In this document: one piece after another, positions 49,601 to 60,731 of the stretch | Position numbering within the stretch: position 1 is the first letter of the stretch | How the letters are laid out: each line of letters begins with the position of its first letter | Assembly: GCA_965153285.1 (NCBI GenBank) | Contig: OZ229110.1 | From: Podarcis tiliguerta | Taxonomy: Eukaryota | DNA length: 64,000 bases | Direction: 5' to 3' (one strand) | The notes under the pieces: model-generated | What the model was told of the DNA's origin: nothing | Seen by the model: the letters and a program-made list of their open reading frames with translations, nothing else | Database searches by the model: none | Made by a program: the position numbers and the translations under genes

Positions 49601-52600
49601 GTTTGAATACACAAAGTGCAAAGAAAATCAGAGATACCCCTCAGTTTGTGGAGGCAGGCCAGCAAACATCCAGGGGTTATTCCCTCTCTATCAACAAAAC
49701 ATATATAATCATCTACTAGGTCCACCACCGAGCTGCTCTGACAGCCGGGGGCACCTGGCAGAAGGCCTCACCCAGGCCTGATCACTACACCAGCCTGAAG
49801 CTGCTGTATGAATTAAGCCCAATTTGTCTGCCAACTCTACCTTATGCTGTTGCCATGATGAATGAAAGGACTGTGGATGCAGTGGTAAATCCATCACTCC
49901 TCAGGGCCTTGGTGGCAGCAGTGGCTTATTAAGATTGCTATTAGAATGGTCTGGTCTCCAGAGACACTTGTTCTCTGCTGGCCAATCACCTGCCCATACA
50001 TGCATTCAATTGATAATCACTGTGTGCTGCCAGGTCCTATCCCAATTTGGGGGGAGTGGGGTGCTCTAAAGCTATCCCATTGCTTCCCTTGAAGGAGTCT
50101 TTAGAGTTGGTAAGGTTAAGCACTGGGGCCCAATACTCCTGTATTTAGGCTACTTTCTCTGATTGGTAACATAAAATGTAGTCAAAAAGGCGTTCTTCAG
50201 AACACATAGCATAAAAACAGAGTGAACCAGATCAATGCTCCCAATCAATCCAGATTACATTGGGCCGCTTGCAAGCTTCAGTCACCAGAACTGCTTGCTC
50301 TTGGAAAGTACACGATCAGAGGAGAAGCAGAGATTATGCAGAGCCAGAAGCCCTGCTTTATTCAATGTATTTATTGAGCAGACAATGGAGAAATAGAGAG
50401 AGCCTAAATGAGTGTGGGGAGGGTCAGCACCCTTGCCTTTAGCTTTCTGTTATTAATCATAGGGCTTGATTGTGCACAGCCAAAGAGAGGAGAATGAGGA
50501 AGATGTGAAAGAGATGCAACATCAACCCTCACTTTGCCCCAAGGTATGTATCTCAAGTGGAGTATGTGTGTGTTTGCTTGCTTGCTTGCCATGGAAAAGG
50601 GAATGCAAGTGTTGTGGCTACAAATATTGACTAAAATATATTCATTTAGCATTCTCTGGCTGCACAGTTGGTGGCAACTTTGCTTAGCAATGGGGTGAAT
50701 AATTCCTCCATGGTTCACCAACTCCTGAGCAAATGAAATAAAATCTTTACATAATGTGTGGAAAATGTAGTAGCACAGACCCAGTTTGGCACACACACAC
50801 CCTATACGCATTCACGTATACACACACACAGGCTGAGAGCCTTAGTGATGCCCCTCTGGAGGTTTCAACCAGGGCAAAAAAACCCAGGCTAGCCCCCTTG
50901 TAGCTATGGCACTGCACCATGCAAAAAACAACAACTATTGGCAGGCTTCCAAGTTAAGGATCAGATAAAATTTACAGGGGAGGTGGAACCAGCCTACTGC
51001 CCACCAGCTAGTCATACCTGTGCTAGATCATTGTTAAGATCACAGGACAATTCACAACACAAAAATGCAAAACGAGAATACAAAATACATAATAATAATA
51101 ATAAACCAATAATGCCCCTCCCACAATGCCAGACAAAGTAGACAGTACTGGTCTAGAGGTCTGACAGGAACAATGAAGTTGTTTAGATGTCCTTAGTACC
51201 TTTTCAAGAGAGACAACTGAGGAGAGAACCAGAATTGGCTGCCTCCACATCCAATCAGCTCCACCCCTGGCTGTTGGCTAACCTGTCCTTCGCCCCACCA
51301 GTGCACATGGGCACCAGCCACTACTGAAAGCAAGTTTTATATTATTATTTTTAAAAAGTTTTAATAACCTACAAGTACGCATAAGTAAAAAGAGAGAAAT
51401 TCCTGCTATTTTGCAACCTATGAACTTTTAACTAGCGATAGGAACACAAGCAACTTTTACCAGCCATTCGAGTTTGACAGGTTTTGTATCTGACAACATT
51501 ATTTCAATGAGGCTGGCTCTGGGTAGAAATCCAGTCTGATTAAGTACAGTATAATGCTTAAAACACTAATACACACAAACACACATATGCAAAGGCTTAA
51601 GGAGGATCACAATCCAAAATCATTATTAGTCAGAAACAATGGCCAAAGTAAGAAAAATATGCATTTCAAACTCTCCTAAAAGCCAGCAAAAGATGGATTA
51701 ATATACTTGGGGGGGGGGGGGCTGCTCTCCACACCATGAATAAAAGGCCCTACTTCCAGCAGTAACAGTCTCAACCCACATGGAGATGAACACAAAGCAG
51801 GACCCACATTAATGACTAAATTTGGTGTGGGAAGGGGTTTTCTCAGATATTATAATTTAATCCAGAATATGAGTCAGCCTTCTTTATGCAGGCACAAGAC
51901 CACAACACGCCAGTGTTCACACAAGAAAAAATCCTCCTTTTCTCCATTAGTCTCTTGCATCCACTGATTTGCTCATGCAAGCTGCCTCCACTTAAATCTT
52001 CACAGTAACCCCCATGCTCCCCTCTCCCACTCGAGTTTCCCCAACACCATCAAAAACCTTTCCTGAAAGTGCCCAACCCTTAGAGTAGCTTTGGCCCCCT
52101 GGTGTCTGCCAGAGCTTCTGGACTACATCTCCATAGCCCCAGACAGCACAGCTGTGTGGGCAGAGGATGGAGTTGTCCAAAATACCTGGAGGGTGTTAAA
52201 TTAGCTAAGACTATTAGGGGGTGTACTTTTGGTTGGAAGCACAAGACAGCAGTGGGGAGATCGCTTGCAGCATGTAGTTTCCCTGTGAACAGAGTAGAGA
52301 TATAACCCAATGAGGTTTTTTTAAAAGGTATATTAAAAAAACATACCATAAAGAGGGACATGTTACCACCCTTAAACTATAGGTGCAACAGTCTTATGAA
52401 ACTACAGTCAGCTATTCTGCTAGTGAGCTTTTGTCTTCCCTCAACTTCAAGCTCCTAGATCAAAACTCATTTCCTACTTGTATCTGATTTTTTCATCCAT
52501 GTCTTGAGGTGGCTCTTCTATAATGAATGATACCAGATCTTCCAGACATTCCGATTTCAAAAGAAACTCTATAAGTTTGCGGTTTTGAGCTTTGCACTCT

Positions 52601-52704
52601 TGTAAAACATCATCTTCATCCATCAGCTCCTTCAGTGTTACATCTTCTCTCTCTAGAAGTGTGTCTATGTGGGATGATGAGTGAAGATCAAATTTCCAAA
52701 ACAT
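19575..52704 (-). CDS. PPP6R3: Serine/threonine-protein phosphatase 6 regulatory subunit 3 (SAPS domain), full CDS, ~872 aa (878 with microexon)
   Basis: Starts [38 protein letters not shown] and ends SVNGPV*. All visible exons have GT-AG boundaries and compatible phases. The sum of 2619 nt assumes a 98-nt exon in the gap. Confidence 0.97.
20026..20195. mobile_element. hAT MITE
   Basis: TIRs GAGAGCTTTCCAAACT / AGTTGGGAAAGCTCTG; perfect 8-bp TSD CTCTAAAC. Confidence 0.85.
21050..21275. mobile_element. Tigger-like MITE with internal CpG-rich palindrome
   Basis: TA|CAGTCATACCT ... AGGTACCACTG|TA; internal AACCCGGAAGTAACG..CGTTACTTCCGGGTT. Confidence 0.75.
21735..21857 (-). CDS. PPP6R3: PPP6R3 penultimate coding exon
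   Basis: [40 protein letters not shown]; ctttag / gtagct. Confidence 0.92.
22175..22192 (-). CDS. PPP6R3: PPP6R3 18-nt alternative microexon (RVLKSYR)
   Basis: ggcttcag|AGTGTTGAAATCCTATCG|gtatgt; phase 2-2; gives TAVFK-RVLKSYR-EEGK, matching a mammalian PPP6R3 isoform as I recall it. Confidence 0.85.
23088..23240. mobile_element. hAT-type transposon left-end fragment
   Basis: CACGGGTAGGCAAAGTAAGGCCCGGGGGCCCGGATACGGCCC with GGCCC subterminal motifs typical of hAT/Charlie ends. Confidence 0.6.
25120..25270 (-). CDS. PPP6R3: PPP6R3 coding exon 20
   Basis: [49 protein letters not shown]. Confidence 0.94.
26032..26135 (-). CDS. PPP6R3: PPP6R3 coding exon 19
   Basis: [34 protein letters not shown]. 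Confidence 0.93.
26798..27036. mobile_element. Tigger-like MITE (related to the 2001-2346 family)
   Basis: TA|CAGTGGTGCCTCGCAAGACGAAA ... ACCACTG|TA; shared GAAGCAAGCCCATAGGGAAAT. Confidence 0.8.
27267..27420 (-). CDS. PPP6R3: PPP6R3 coding exon 18
   Basis: [50 protein letters not shown]. Confidence 0.95.
28296..28414 (-). CDS. PPP6R3: PPP6R3 coding exon 17
   Basis: [39 protein letters not shown]. Confidence 0.94.
29090..29220 (-). CDS. PPP6R3: PPP6R3 coding exon 16
   Basis: [43 protein letters not shown]. Confidence 0.95.
31019..31073 (-). CDS. PPP6R3: PPP6R3 coding exon 15
   Basis: (N)[18 protein letters not shown]; tcacag / gtaagt. Confidence 0.94.
33002..33015 (-). promoter_or_regulatory. 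CTCF core motif match
   Basis: Minus strand CCACCAGATGGCAG fits the CCASYAGRKGGCRS consensus. Confidence 0.5.
33955..34052 (-). CDS. PPP6R3: PPP6R3 coding exon 14, mostly hidden in the assembly gap (5' boundary inferred)
   Basis: Only the last 7 nt plus donor are visible (TCGGCAA|gtgagt), matching the end of the expected AFSDYQMQQ...DDIGN exon. Phase 2 fits the next exon. The 98-nt length is inferred from the human protein as recalled. Confidence 0.7.
33962..34109. other. Assembly gap (148 N)
   Basis: Run of n. Confidence 1.
35599..35685 (-). CDS. PPP6R3: PPP6R3 coding exon 13 (87 nt, symmetric)
   Basis: [29 protein letters not shown]; ctgtag / gtgagt. Confidence 0.94.
37265..37423 (+). 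mobile_element. CR1 LINE 3' end
   Basis: CCTTCCTTGGAGGTTTT..GGGTTGGACTAGATGATCCTT..CCCTTCCAACTCT..TTCTATGATTCTATGA. Confidence 0.8.
37514..37599 (-). CDS. PPP6R3: PPP6R3 coding exon 12
   Basis: (E)[28 protein letters not shown]; ttctag / gtaggt. Confidence 0.95.
38407..38522 (-). CDS. PPP6R3: PPP6R3 coding exon 11
   Basis: [38 protein letters not shown] (SAPS GYMGHLT motif). Confidence 0.96.
39260..39324 (-). CDS. PPP6R3: PPP6R3 coding exon 10
   Basis: [21 protein letters not shown](Q); ttatag / gtgagt. Confidence 0.94.
39879..40028 (-). CDS. PPP6R3: PPP6R3 coding exon 9
   Basis: [50 protein letters not shown] (SAPS WNNFLH motif). Confidence 0.96.
41552..41704 (-). CDS. PPP6R3: PPP6R3 coding exon 8
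   Basis: [51 protein letters not shown]; gtctag / gtaaga. Confidence 0.95.
42806..42935 (-). CDS. PPP6R3: PPP6R3 coding exon 7
   Basis: [43 protein letters not shown]; ttttag / gtaagt. Confidence 0.95.
43366..43500 (-). mobile_element. Short tRNA-derived SINE with CR1-type tail
   Basis: ATAGAATCATAGAATT tail and CATGCTCTACCAACTAAG (tRNA A-box-like) head on the minus strand. Confidence 0.6.
43795..43908 (-). CDS. PPP6R3: PPP6R3 coding exon 6
   Basis: [37 protein letters not shown](T); ctttag / gtaaga. Confidence 0.95.
45283..45395 (-). CDS. PPP6R3: PPP6R3 coding exon 5
   Basis: [37 protein letters not shown](K); gtttag / gtaggt. Confidence 0.95.
46055..46120 (-). CDS. PPP6R3: PPP6R3 coding exon 4
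   Basis: [22 protein letters not shown]; ctacag / gtaagg. Confidence 0.96.
48424..48561 (-). CDS. PPP6R3: PPP6R3 coding exon 3
   Basis: [46 protein letters not shown]; tcacag / gtaagt. Confidence 0.96.
49308..49494 (-). CDS. PPP6R3: PPP6R3 coding exon 2
   Basis: [62 protein letters not shown]; tttcag / gtaatt. Confidence 0.96.
52478..52704 (-). CDS. PPP6R3: PPP6R3 first coding exon (exon spans 52478-52710, with 6 nt of UTR, ACCAGC)
   Basis: ttctctag|ACCAGCATGTTTTGG...TACAA|gtagga; [10 protein letters not shown]...DMDEKIRY. Confidence 0.97.
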
Positions 52705-55700
52705 GCTGGTCTAGAGAAAAGGAAAAGCACACACAGCCTTAATTAAAGGAACAGATAATAGCCGGTCTCTAACAGTCCTTAGGGAAGCCGTTCTCCTGTT
52801 TCCCCTGTTCTCAGTTTGCACACAAAACTGCAGAAGCAAAAACAGAAAGCAGGGAAAAGATGAACAGCGTTAAAAATTGGACTTCATGGAAGATGAAGGA
52901 GTATTTTATCAAAGTGCCTTGAATGATAAGCCAATGTCTTAAATTTCAATCAAGTTGTTAGCTAGTTCAAGAATTGTAAAATTTTGACATACAAGATTTG
53001 ACATGTTAATGCAACAACAGTTAAGAAAAATGTTAACCCAGCTTAGAATTTTCCAGTATCTTCTTGTCTTTTTATCTAACAGCAAACTGATGGCACTCTA
53101 AGTCAGTTTCCAAGAAGCAGCTGATTCAAGAGATTGTTAAAATGCTAGTTGAGAGTTAAATCAGGAAAAATGAGAGGATTTTGGCTCACATGACTGTGGA
53201 TCCATGTTTATCTCACTAAGGTGCCCATGTGTACTATTATCTTTTATCTCTATGGATACTATTGCCAAGAATAGAATTAAGTCCTTTATTAGTTTGCACC
53301 AAAAGATCTGGCTTTCCTTCACCTAGCCCATGACTGGCAAGAGCTCATGAAATGAACAAAAAGGCCAACAAGCAAAGTATCAACACTACAAACATACCTT
53401 TGGCCTCATACTGACTCAAGGCTTAAGTGATTTTTCTTGGCACTGCACTGATGCAAATTAAGACAAGGCTGTTTTTTAAAAATGCGTTGATGCACATGTA
53501 TTTCAGAAACTCAGCTTAATTCCTTAACAAGTCAATGCTGCACAAACGTTATTAAAAATTAAAGAAATGAGGGCATGAGCCAGAGCCCCTTTTCCACTTC
53601 ATAATAAAATGTTACAAGCCCAGCCCCAATTAGTTACCATAAAATCCTTTTTGAGAATGGTTTATTCTCCTCAAACTTCAACTGTGCCCACCAACATTAA
53701 ACAGAAGTTGGTATACATGCATAGGACTATTATACATAATTCTCACTGCTATAGCAAATAGACATCAGTTGCATTAGCAAATCACATTAAGGAGGAAAAA
53801 CAGGAATAGAGTTAGATAAAGTGCCCAGTAACCCACAAATGTTTTTCAAACACATCTATAACCTTATAATTTGCCATTTGCCAGAGTTAAGTAGCAACTG
53901 CCTACTGGAAAACATGGATGCAGAACACTTTCTATGGAAAATGATACGTGCTCATTCTACCATGTTGCACTGCATTATGATGGTAGCTTTGGTTCTCTCA
54001 TTTTAAGGCAACAGCAGAGAGAACCAGAGTGGCATATACAGCCAGCATAATACTGTCATGAATTCAGCACAGGTCAGCACTCATAAAGATGCATGTGTGA
54101 TGCTCTCCATAAATAGCTAGTGGTGAAGGTATAGAGAATCACATTTTTCCATTGTGGAGAAAGATCCAAGTTGAGCCAAAAATTGTAGGCACTTGCCTTT
54201 AAAATAGGCCGTAGCTCTCTAAGCACTTCACTGAGGCAGGTTCCTCTGAAACCAACAATGCTTGCTTCCAAATGCATATTGTAAGGATTGAGGAGACAGC
54301 CAGCAATTTTGGTTTGTTATATTCATTGGGTATAAGGGGATCAGGAGGACAATCTGATTTATGTCTGTTTCCAACACTCTTGGTTGTGATGTATTGTCTA
54401 CTGATATACATCATGCCACCCTGCCCTCATTTGGGAGGAAGGGTGGGATATAAACTAAACAAAACAAAAATTTATTTAGTTATTAAAATCTAACAGGAGG
54501 ATTCACCCAGTGCACCACATCAGTGAAAGTTCTGTACAAGGAGTTCTGCAAGTGGACTTTCCCCCACCACCTCCCCCTGTGCCCACCAAAATTGGCACAG
54601 AGATGGGGGTGTCATTCAATCTGACACGCAGTAATGTTTGTGCAGTAAGAACTTTTATAACTGAAAATATTGAATTCCATGCTATGACATCATGTGTAAA
54701 TATTAGAAGGTAGAAATGGCCCAAAGCTAGCCAACCAATTAAGGTATTAGTGCACTTACAAAAGTTGCTCAAATTTCATACACAGTATAATTTACACACA
54801 AACTGAAGTCAAACATTGGCTTATTTGTCAGGCTACCGCAACCATTTCTTGTTGACAAATACAGGGTAACTTTCAACCCGAAAAGCAAGGTTCATGCTAC
54901 ATCTATTAAAAATAAAATCAGTTTTCCAGACTTTAACCCCAATCAAAGCAACCCGAATCTGTGAACAATAGTACTTCTGACAAAGAGTTCCAGAATAATT
55001 CCTGGGCACTAAATTTACAAACCTACACATACTTACTTGAAATTAAGTCCCACTGAACACAGTGGTGCTTACTTCCAATAATGTATGCATAGATCATGCT
55101 GCATGAAAATATTTCCCTAGTTACATTCATTCATTCATTCATTCATACATACATACATTTCATTGATTTTCAATGAATTGATTCAGGAAAGACTAACAGT
55201 AAGTAGCAACAAAAAAGAAAAGCATACTACTGCAAACATGTTACTGCGTTATTTCACAAACTTTCTCCCAGGCAAGCCGTATTAGGGGCTGGTTTCTCAA
55301 TATGGCAGATGCTGACCAGATTATTCCATCACTTTTCAACAGGAGGCCAGGACCCTTGGAATAAGGAAAAACACCACAAAATGGATCAAAGGGCAAATCA
55401 GAGGAACCCTTAAAATAAGAGAACTTGTCTTTAATAAACCCACAGCATTAAGACTTTACTAGGTTTACAAATGTGCCAACATTCAAATAAATGTCATGGT
55501 GTTTACTACTGGCACAAATGAATCTAGTGGCACTTTTCTGATTCTCATGGTGACAAATGCATAAACATGTTTCATAGACTCCACATTGCATTCAGTTATG
55601 GAGTAGTCAATTCCTTGTTCGGGACTGTATGTCTTATTAGGACCAGGCATACCCCTATTCATTCTTCAACCTTGTGCACATGGCAATACATTGAAACTGT

Positions 55701-58538
55701 ACTGGACCTGAGAACTTTGGACTTTACAGCTTTGATGAGTAAAAAATGGGTGTAGCTATAGCACTACTGTGGCAGATAACTTCTCAGCTCCTTTCTTTGT
55801 GGCAGTGAAAAGAAAGGAAGAAGAACCCTTCCCAGATGGATTATGTGAGCTGGCTCTGTATTAGTATTCAACTACCAATTGTGATAAACTATTTCAAATT
55901 ACTGTATGTATCTGGTCAAACTACATCAAGTACTGAATGGTTATGTTGGAGATGTTACTTTTGAAGGTATTACTGTGAGCTGCTTTGGGTTCAACTTTGT
56001 TGTGAACTAAGAACCCCACCCATGGAGTTAGCCAAAACTGTGATTAGACACTTGGTGAATTTTTCATCCCAAACTGATGCTATCAACTGCAACATGCAGT
56101 GCTCCAATTCAGGAATAACTGATCAATACTAAACCTAATAACTCTGTTGGATCAGACCAAATACTCATGCAGGCCACTCTCCCATCTCCCACACTAGCCA
56201 ACCTTGTGCCTATGAGAAGCCCATAAACAGGACAGGAGGGAAATAGCTCTCTCCCACTGTTGCACCTCAGTGACTGGTATTTGAAGGCATACTCCCTGTG
56301 ATCCTATCATAACTAGCAGCCATTTATAGCCTCATCTAATCCCTTTCAAAAGCAATTGAAGCTGGTGGTCAACACATCCCATTGAAGGAAGGGGTCACTA
56401 ATTATATGCTTGACTACCAAGCCTCACTGGAGCTCTGCATCAACATGAATAAATCTTATCTTCATCCTACAAAGTGTATCCAGTTTAGAGTCTTATTCTT
56501 TTGCTCTCCTACTCTTTTGCTGCAGAGCACCCACCATGGGGATCTTACAATTAGATCCATGTGCAAGCCAGGCTTCTTGGAAAATGATTACATAGCGCTG
56601 GTTTTCCAAAACATTGTGGAAGGGGAGAAGTTATTCAAAGGTCCAGCACTTGCAGAGCCTCACCTGATTCAGAGGATTTGGAGAGGGGCCAGAAGATGGT
56701 TGTCATCTACATACTGGTGGCTTTGTGCTCCAACTCACTGAAATGACATACTGGTGACCTCATGGTCTAAATTCCCCAGTGGCTTGATATTGCTGTTAAA
56801 AAGCATGGGGAACAAGATGAAACCCAGCAGTACACTACAGCATAAGTGCCAAGGAGCTGAGCAGCAGTCCTCCAACGCCTCTCTCTTGTATGGCCCAAAG
56901 CCATATTAAAATGGGTCTGGATAATCTTCTCCTCCCATCCTATCAGAAACTGATAATCAGATTCACAACTAACTCAACAACCCTGCCCACCTATCTCAAA
57001 TGGTTTTGTAAGTGTATGGTTCCATGTAGGTTTCTATAGTTCACATATAGGGAACAAGGTTTCCATCCTTGCTATGTTGCAAAACAATGAATTTGATATC
57101 AACAGGGCAGTTCTGGAGTAAGGTTTCATGCAATTAGGAAGTATCCTGGCAACACTATCAGTTATTATGACTTTACTGAATTGTATTAATTGTTTTGTTG
57201 AATCTGTTGCTGTTGTTTGCTTCATTTATAAGCTACTGTGTTTGATATTATAATAATTGCAACTTTTTTTAATGCTATTGTGAGCTGCTTTGCACTCAAC
57301 ATTTGTTGTTAGAAAAGTGGAATACAAATATTAAATCAAATCAAAATCAAAACTCTGGGCAGTTTGGAAAAATCTTACTGAATATACTAACAGGGCACAG
57401 CTGCCACATTCTTTGACAGCAGCCTTGGCAGATATAGGCAATGTGTGAAAATGGTGTGATTTATGTAGTTATATGGATTTTTTAATGCATCGCCATTTTC
57501 CTTTCTTTTTAGTTCATTTCCTATGTTTGTATTCCTTCTACGACATATAGGGTACACTAGTTATCTATATTATTTATATCTACTGCCCATCAAAATGTGT
57601 TTCACAATTTCTCCCCTATTGCATGCTATTGTTCTCTAAACTTTGTGCAAAATTAATGAAGTGTTTTTTTTAAAAGGATCAAAACAGATGCTGAGCTTTG
57701 TTCTTCCCATATACAACTATGATCATTTCATTGCATATTTTTAACAAGCCTGGCAATAGACACTTCTGAGTGTCATCTCAGTCCAATAATATCTTCTTCC
57801 TTTGCTGTTACTCATATATGGATAAAGTTGCCACAACTGATCCCTCTTCCAGTTCCAATCTCATTAGGATCAAACAAATTACTCACTATTTCTAACTTTA
57901 GTCTTTACAATGGTGGGCAATCAAGCCCAACCTACTTTGATCCAAAGAATTTCCATCAATGGAGTCTGGTTTGCACTAGAATAGACTGCCCACCTCAATT
58001 TAATAGGACTGGCTGCGAGTCTGCAAGGAGAGACTATTCATTGCTACTTGTACATTACAACCAGATGCTATGTGAACAAACAAGGAGGCATGGCTTTCAA
58101 GATCTTACAATTTATAACCCTTTGGGACTGATATGCTAATAGGCACAGTTCCAGTTGCCACCCACAGCTGCTAGTACAGTCACCTAGCTGATGCTCTTAG
58201 CAGAATAAGGAAAGTATTAAGGGTCCTATCTCTCATACTTGCAGCAACCCCTGTTGTTTTTCTACCTGTCTTCAAATGCATCATGTTCCACTCTACAGTA
58301 GCTATGGAACTGTATGGAACTCCTTCAATACCCTAGTTGCTTGGGTGCTCAATGATTGGAAGCATGAATTACATTCTAAAAAGCTTCATCATTGCCACAC
58401 CAGCTTTGATTTACAATACATACTGTAATTAATCTCGGGGTTACTTTATACATCTCCCCACAGTACTGGGTTCTCCCCAAGAACAAGGGAGGATTCTACA
58501 CTACAAATCATCATCTTTCAGTCTCAATAGCACAACAG

Positions 58539-58626
58539 GTGTTGTTGTTTAGTCATTTAGTTGTGTCCGACTCTTCGTGACCCCATGCACCAGAGCACGC
58601 CAGGCACACCTGTCTTCCACTGCCTC
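58539..58626 (-). mobile_element. BovB extreme 3' fragment
   Basis: Near-identical to 6815-6898 (GTGTCCGACTCTTCGTGACCCCATG.ACCAGAGCACGCCAG). Confidence 0.85.
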
Positions 58627-59445
58627 AAAATATGTTCTTAGAATGATTGGTATCTGTGCTAATGTTGAACATATAGAATGCACCCACACAATGTTTCTAA
58701 GTGGTCATAGTGCTGAGTACTGTATTTACTTCTGCTCATGACCTAGAACAATGTATCTTGTTCCATAGAGCAACTCTTGGGAGCAAATATTACATGAACC
58801 GAGGAGCTGCTACTTCCCTTTGTATTCTGGCGATATGTACTATCTCCTCTAGGATTACTGTACCCTCTCATCATCATCTTATGAAAAGCTTTCCAAAAAT
58901 GATTCCTTATCTAACCAGTATCTTTGATAGGGTACCTTCACTACTTTGGAGTCTTCTCGCTCAGCTCTTCAGCGAACCTTCTGAACTGATAGCTAACTGC
59001 CACCTTCTTTCCTTCAAAAACAGCCCTCCTTGCCTCGACCACGCCTGCACATAGAATGAACTTTTGTTTTTTACTGTAATCCTCCTGTCTTAATACAAAT
59101 ATAAGGTAACCCACAGACCAGGTATCACAATCATATTCACCAACACAGTAACTTTTATTCAAAGAATCAAGGAATAAAGTATACAATTCACCTAAGAAAG
59201 GGAAGCCCTTTTAGTCAAAGAATGTCTGCCACTGGGTGGTATCCACCATCGTTACCAGTTAGCCAAACTCCTCCTATCAACCAGTGTCAATGGGCATTTG
59301 ACTTGGAGGCTACATTGTGAGAATATCTGAGCTCTCCCCGCAATTGTCATTCAACTCAGTAGCTAACAAGGAAAATCCCAAGAATGTCACCTTCTACAGT
59401 AAACACACACACACTCCCAAATAACTAGAACAAGTTGGTATGATG

Positions 59446-59544
59446 TTCATTGTTCAAATTAACCTCTAGGTATCTTAAGAAAGTTGTACCATGCTAGGTT
59501 GGTCAACTTTATTAACATATCTAGAGGTTAATTTGAACAATGAA
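59446..59544. repeat. Inverted repeat / hairpin, ~45-bp stem and 8-nt loop
   Basis: TTCATTGTTCAAATTAACCTCTAG ... CTAGAGGTTAATTTGAACAATGAA is a perfect 24-bp outer stem; the inner stem has few mismatches. Confidence 0.9.
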
Positions 59545-60487
59545 GGAAGGATTTCACTGTCTAGTTGGGAGGTAAGAGTTGTTAAACAATTAGGCCACAT
59601 AACCCTTGTTGATCTACTGAAAAATCACTCAGTGATCTATCAATAGATCCTGACCTACTAGCTAACCACCCCAAAGAGCTCAGTTGTGATACTAAAAATA
59701 AATTCCTGGGATGAGCATGTGCTCATAGGCACTCATGCTTCTTAGTTCTAAGAGTATGTTGCCATCCATCCCACCAGCAACTGTTTTATACCTGTCTGTG
59801 GTTCATGGGCCTCAGTTCTTGGGGGGGGGGGGAGTAAATTCCACAAGGCTAAAGTGTGCCCACCCCAACCTTGAGGACATTGTTGAATAACTTTTTCCCT
59901 TGCCTTCAATGTTGTTAGATCCTCTCATGTAACTAAGATACTTTTGCATCTACTTTCCAATGAATTAACACAGAGAAGTTGGAATCCATTTCAGTATTTA
60001 AAATCTGGCTACTTAGTCGTATAAATAGAATTAACATATACCATAATGCACCCCCATCTCTCTTCCCTTTCGCATGTGCATGAGAGGAGGTTAGTTTAGC
60101 AGAACAATTCAATGTTAATGTTTAATAAGTTACCAACTTTTGAAGGCATGTACTTTTGAAGGAAAATATGAAGTTAAATGCTCCATTTTCAGATTACAGT
60201 AGTCACAATATGAAATCAACATTTGTCCTCAGCTTCTTGATGCTAGTTGAGCAGAACAAACCACAGCCCCCAGTTAGGACACAATACTAAGCCAGGAATT
60301 GTGGTTAATTGATCCCACTTGCACCAGGAGACTAGTGAAGTGTCAGCAATGTCAGGTAACAATTTGCTAAGAAAGCTAAGATTTCCTGTGACTTGCAAAT
60401 GCAACAACGGGTTAAGAGTCACTATTTGTTTCAGGTTGCTTCTGCTTTCTTTATAAACTCACCTTTTGGTAGCGTATGGTTGAATTA

Positions 60488-60731
60488 CCGTATTTTTTGC
60501 TCTATAAGACTCATTTTTTCCCTCCTAAAAAGTAAGGGGAAATGTGTGTGCGTCTTATGGAGTGAATGCAGGCTGCGCAGCTATCCCAGAAGCCAGAACA
60601 GCAAGAGGGATCGCTGCTTTCGCTGTGCAGCAATCCCTCTTGCTGTTCTGGCTTCTGGGATTCAGAATATATTTTTTTTCTTGTTTTCCTCCTCCAAAAA
60701 CTAGGTGCGTCTTATGGAGCGAAAAATATGG
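60488..60731. mobile_element. Tc1/mariner (Tc2/pogo-like) MITE
   Basis: TA|CCGTATTTTTTGCTCTATAAGAC ... GTCTTATGGAGCGAAAAATATGG|TA; internal palindrome TCCCAGAAGCCAGAACAGCAAGAGGGAT / ATCCCTCTTGCTGTTCTGGCTTCTGGGA. Confidence 0.85.

Noticed and set aside
60575-60665. Long palindrome as a candidate ncRNA
   Set aside because: Explained as the internal inverted repeat of the 60488-60731 MITE.
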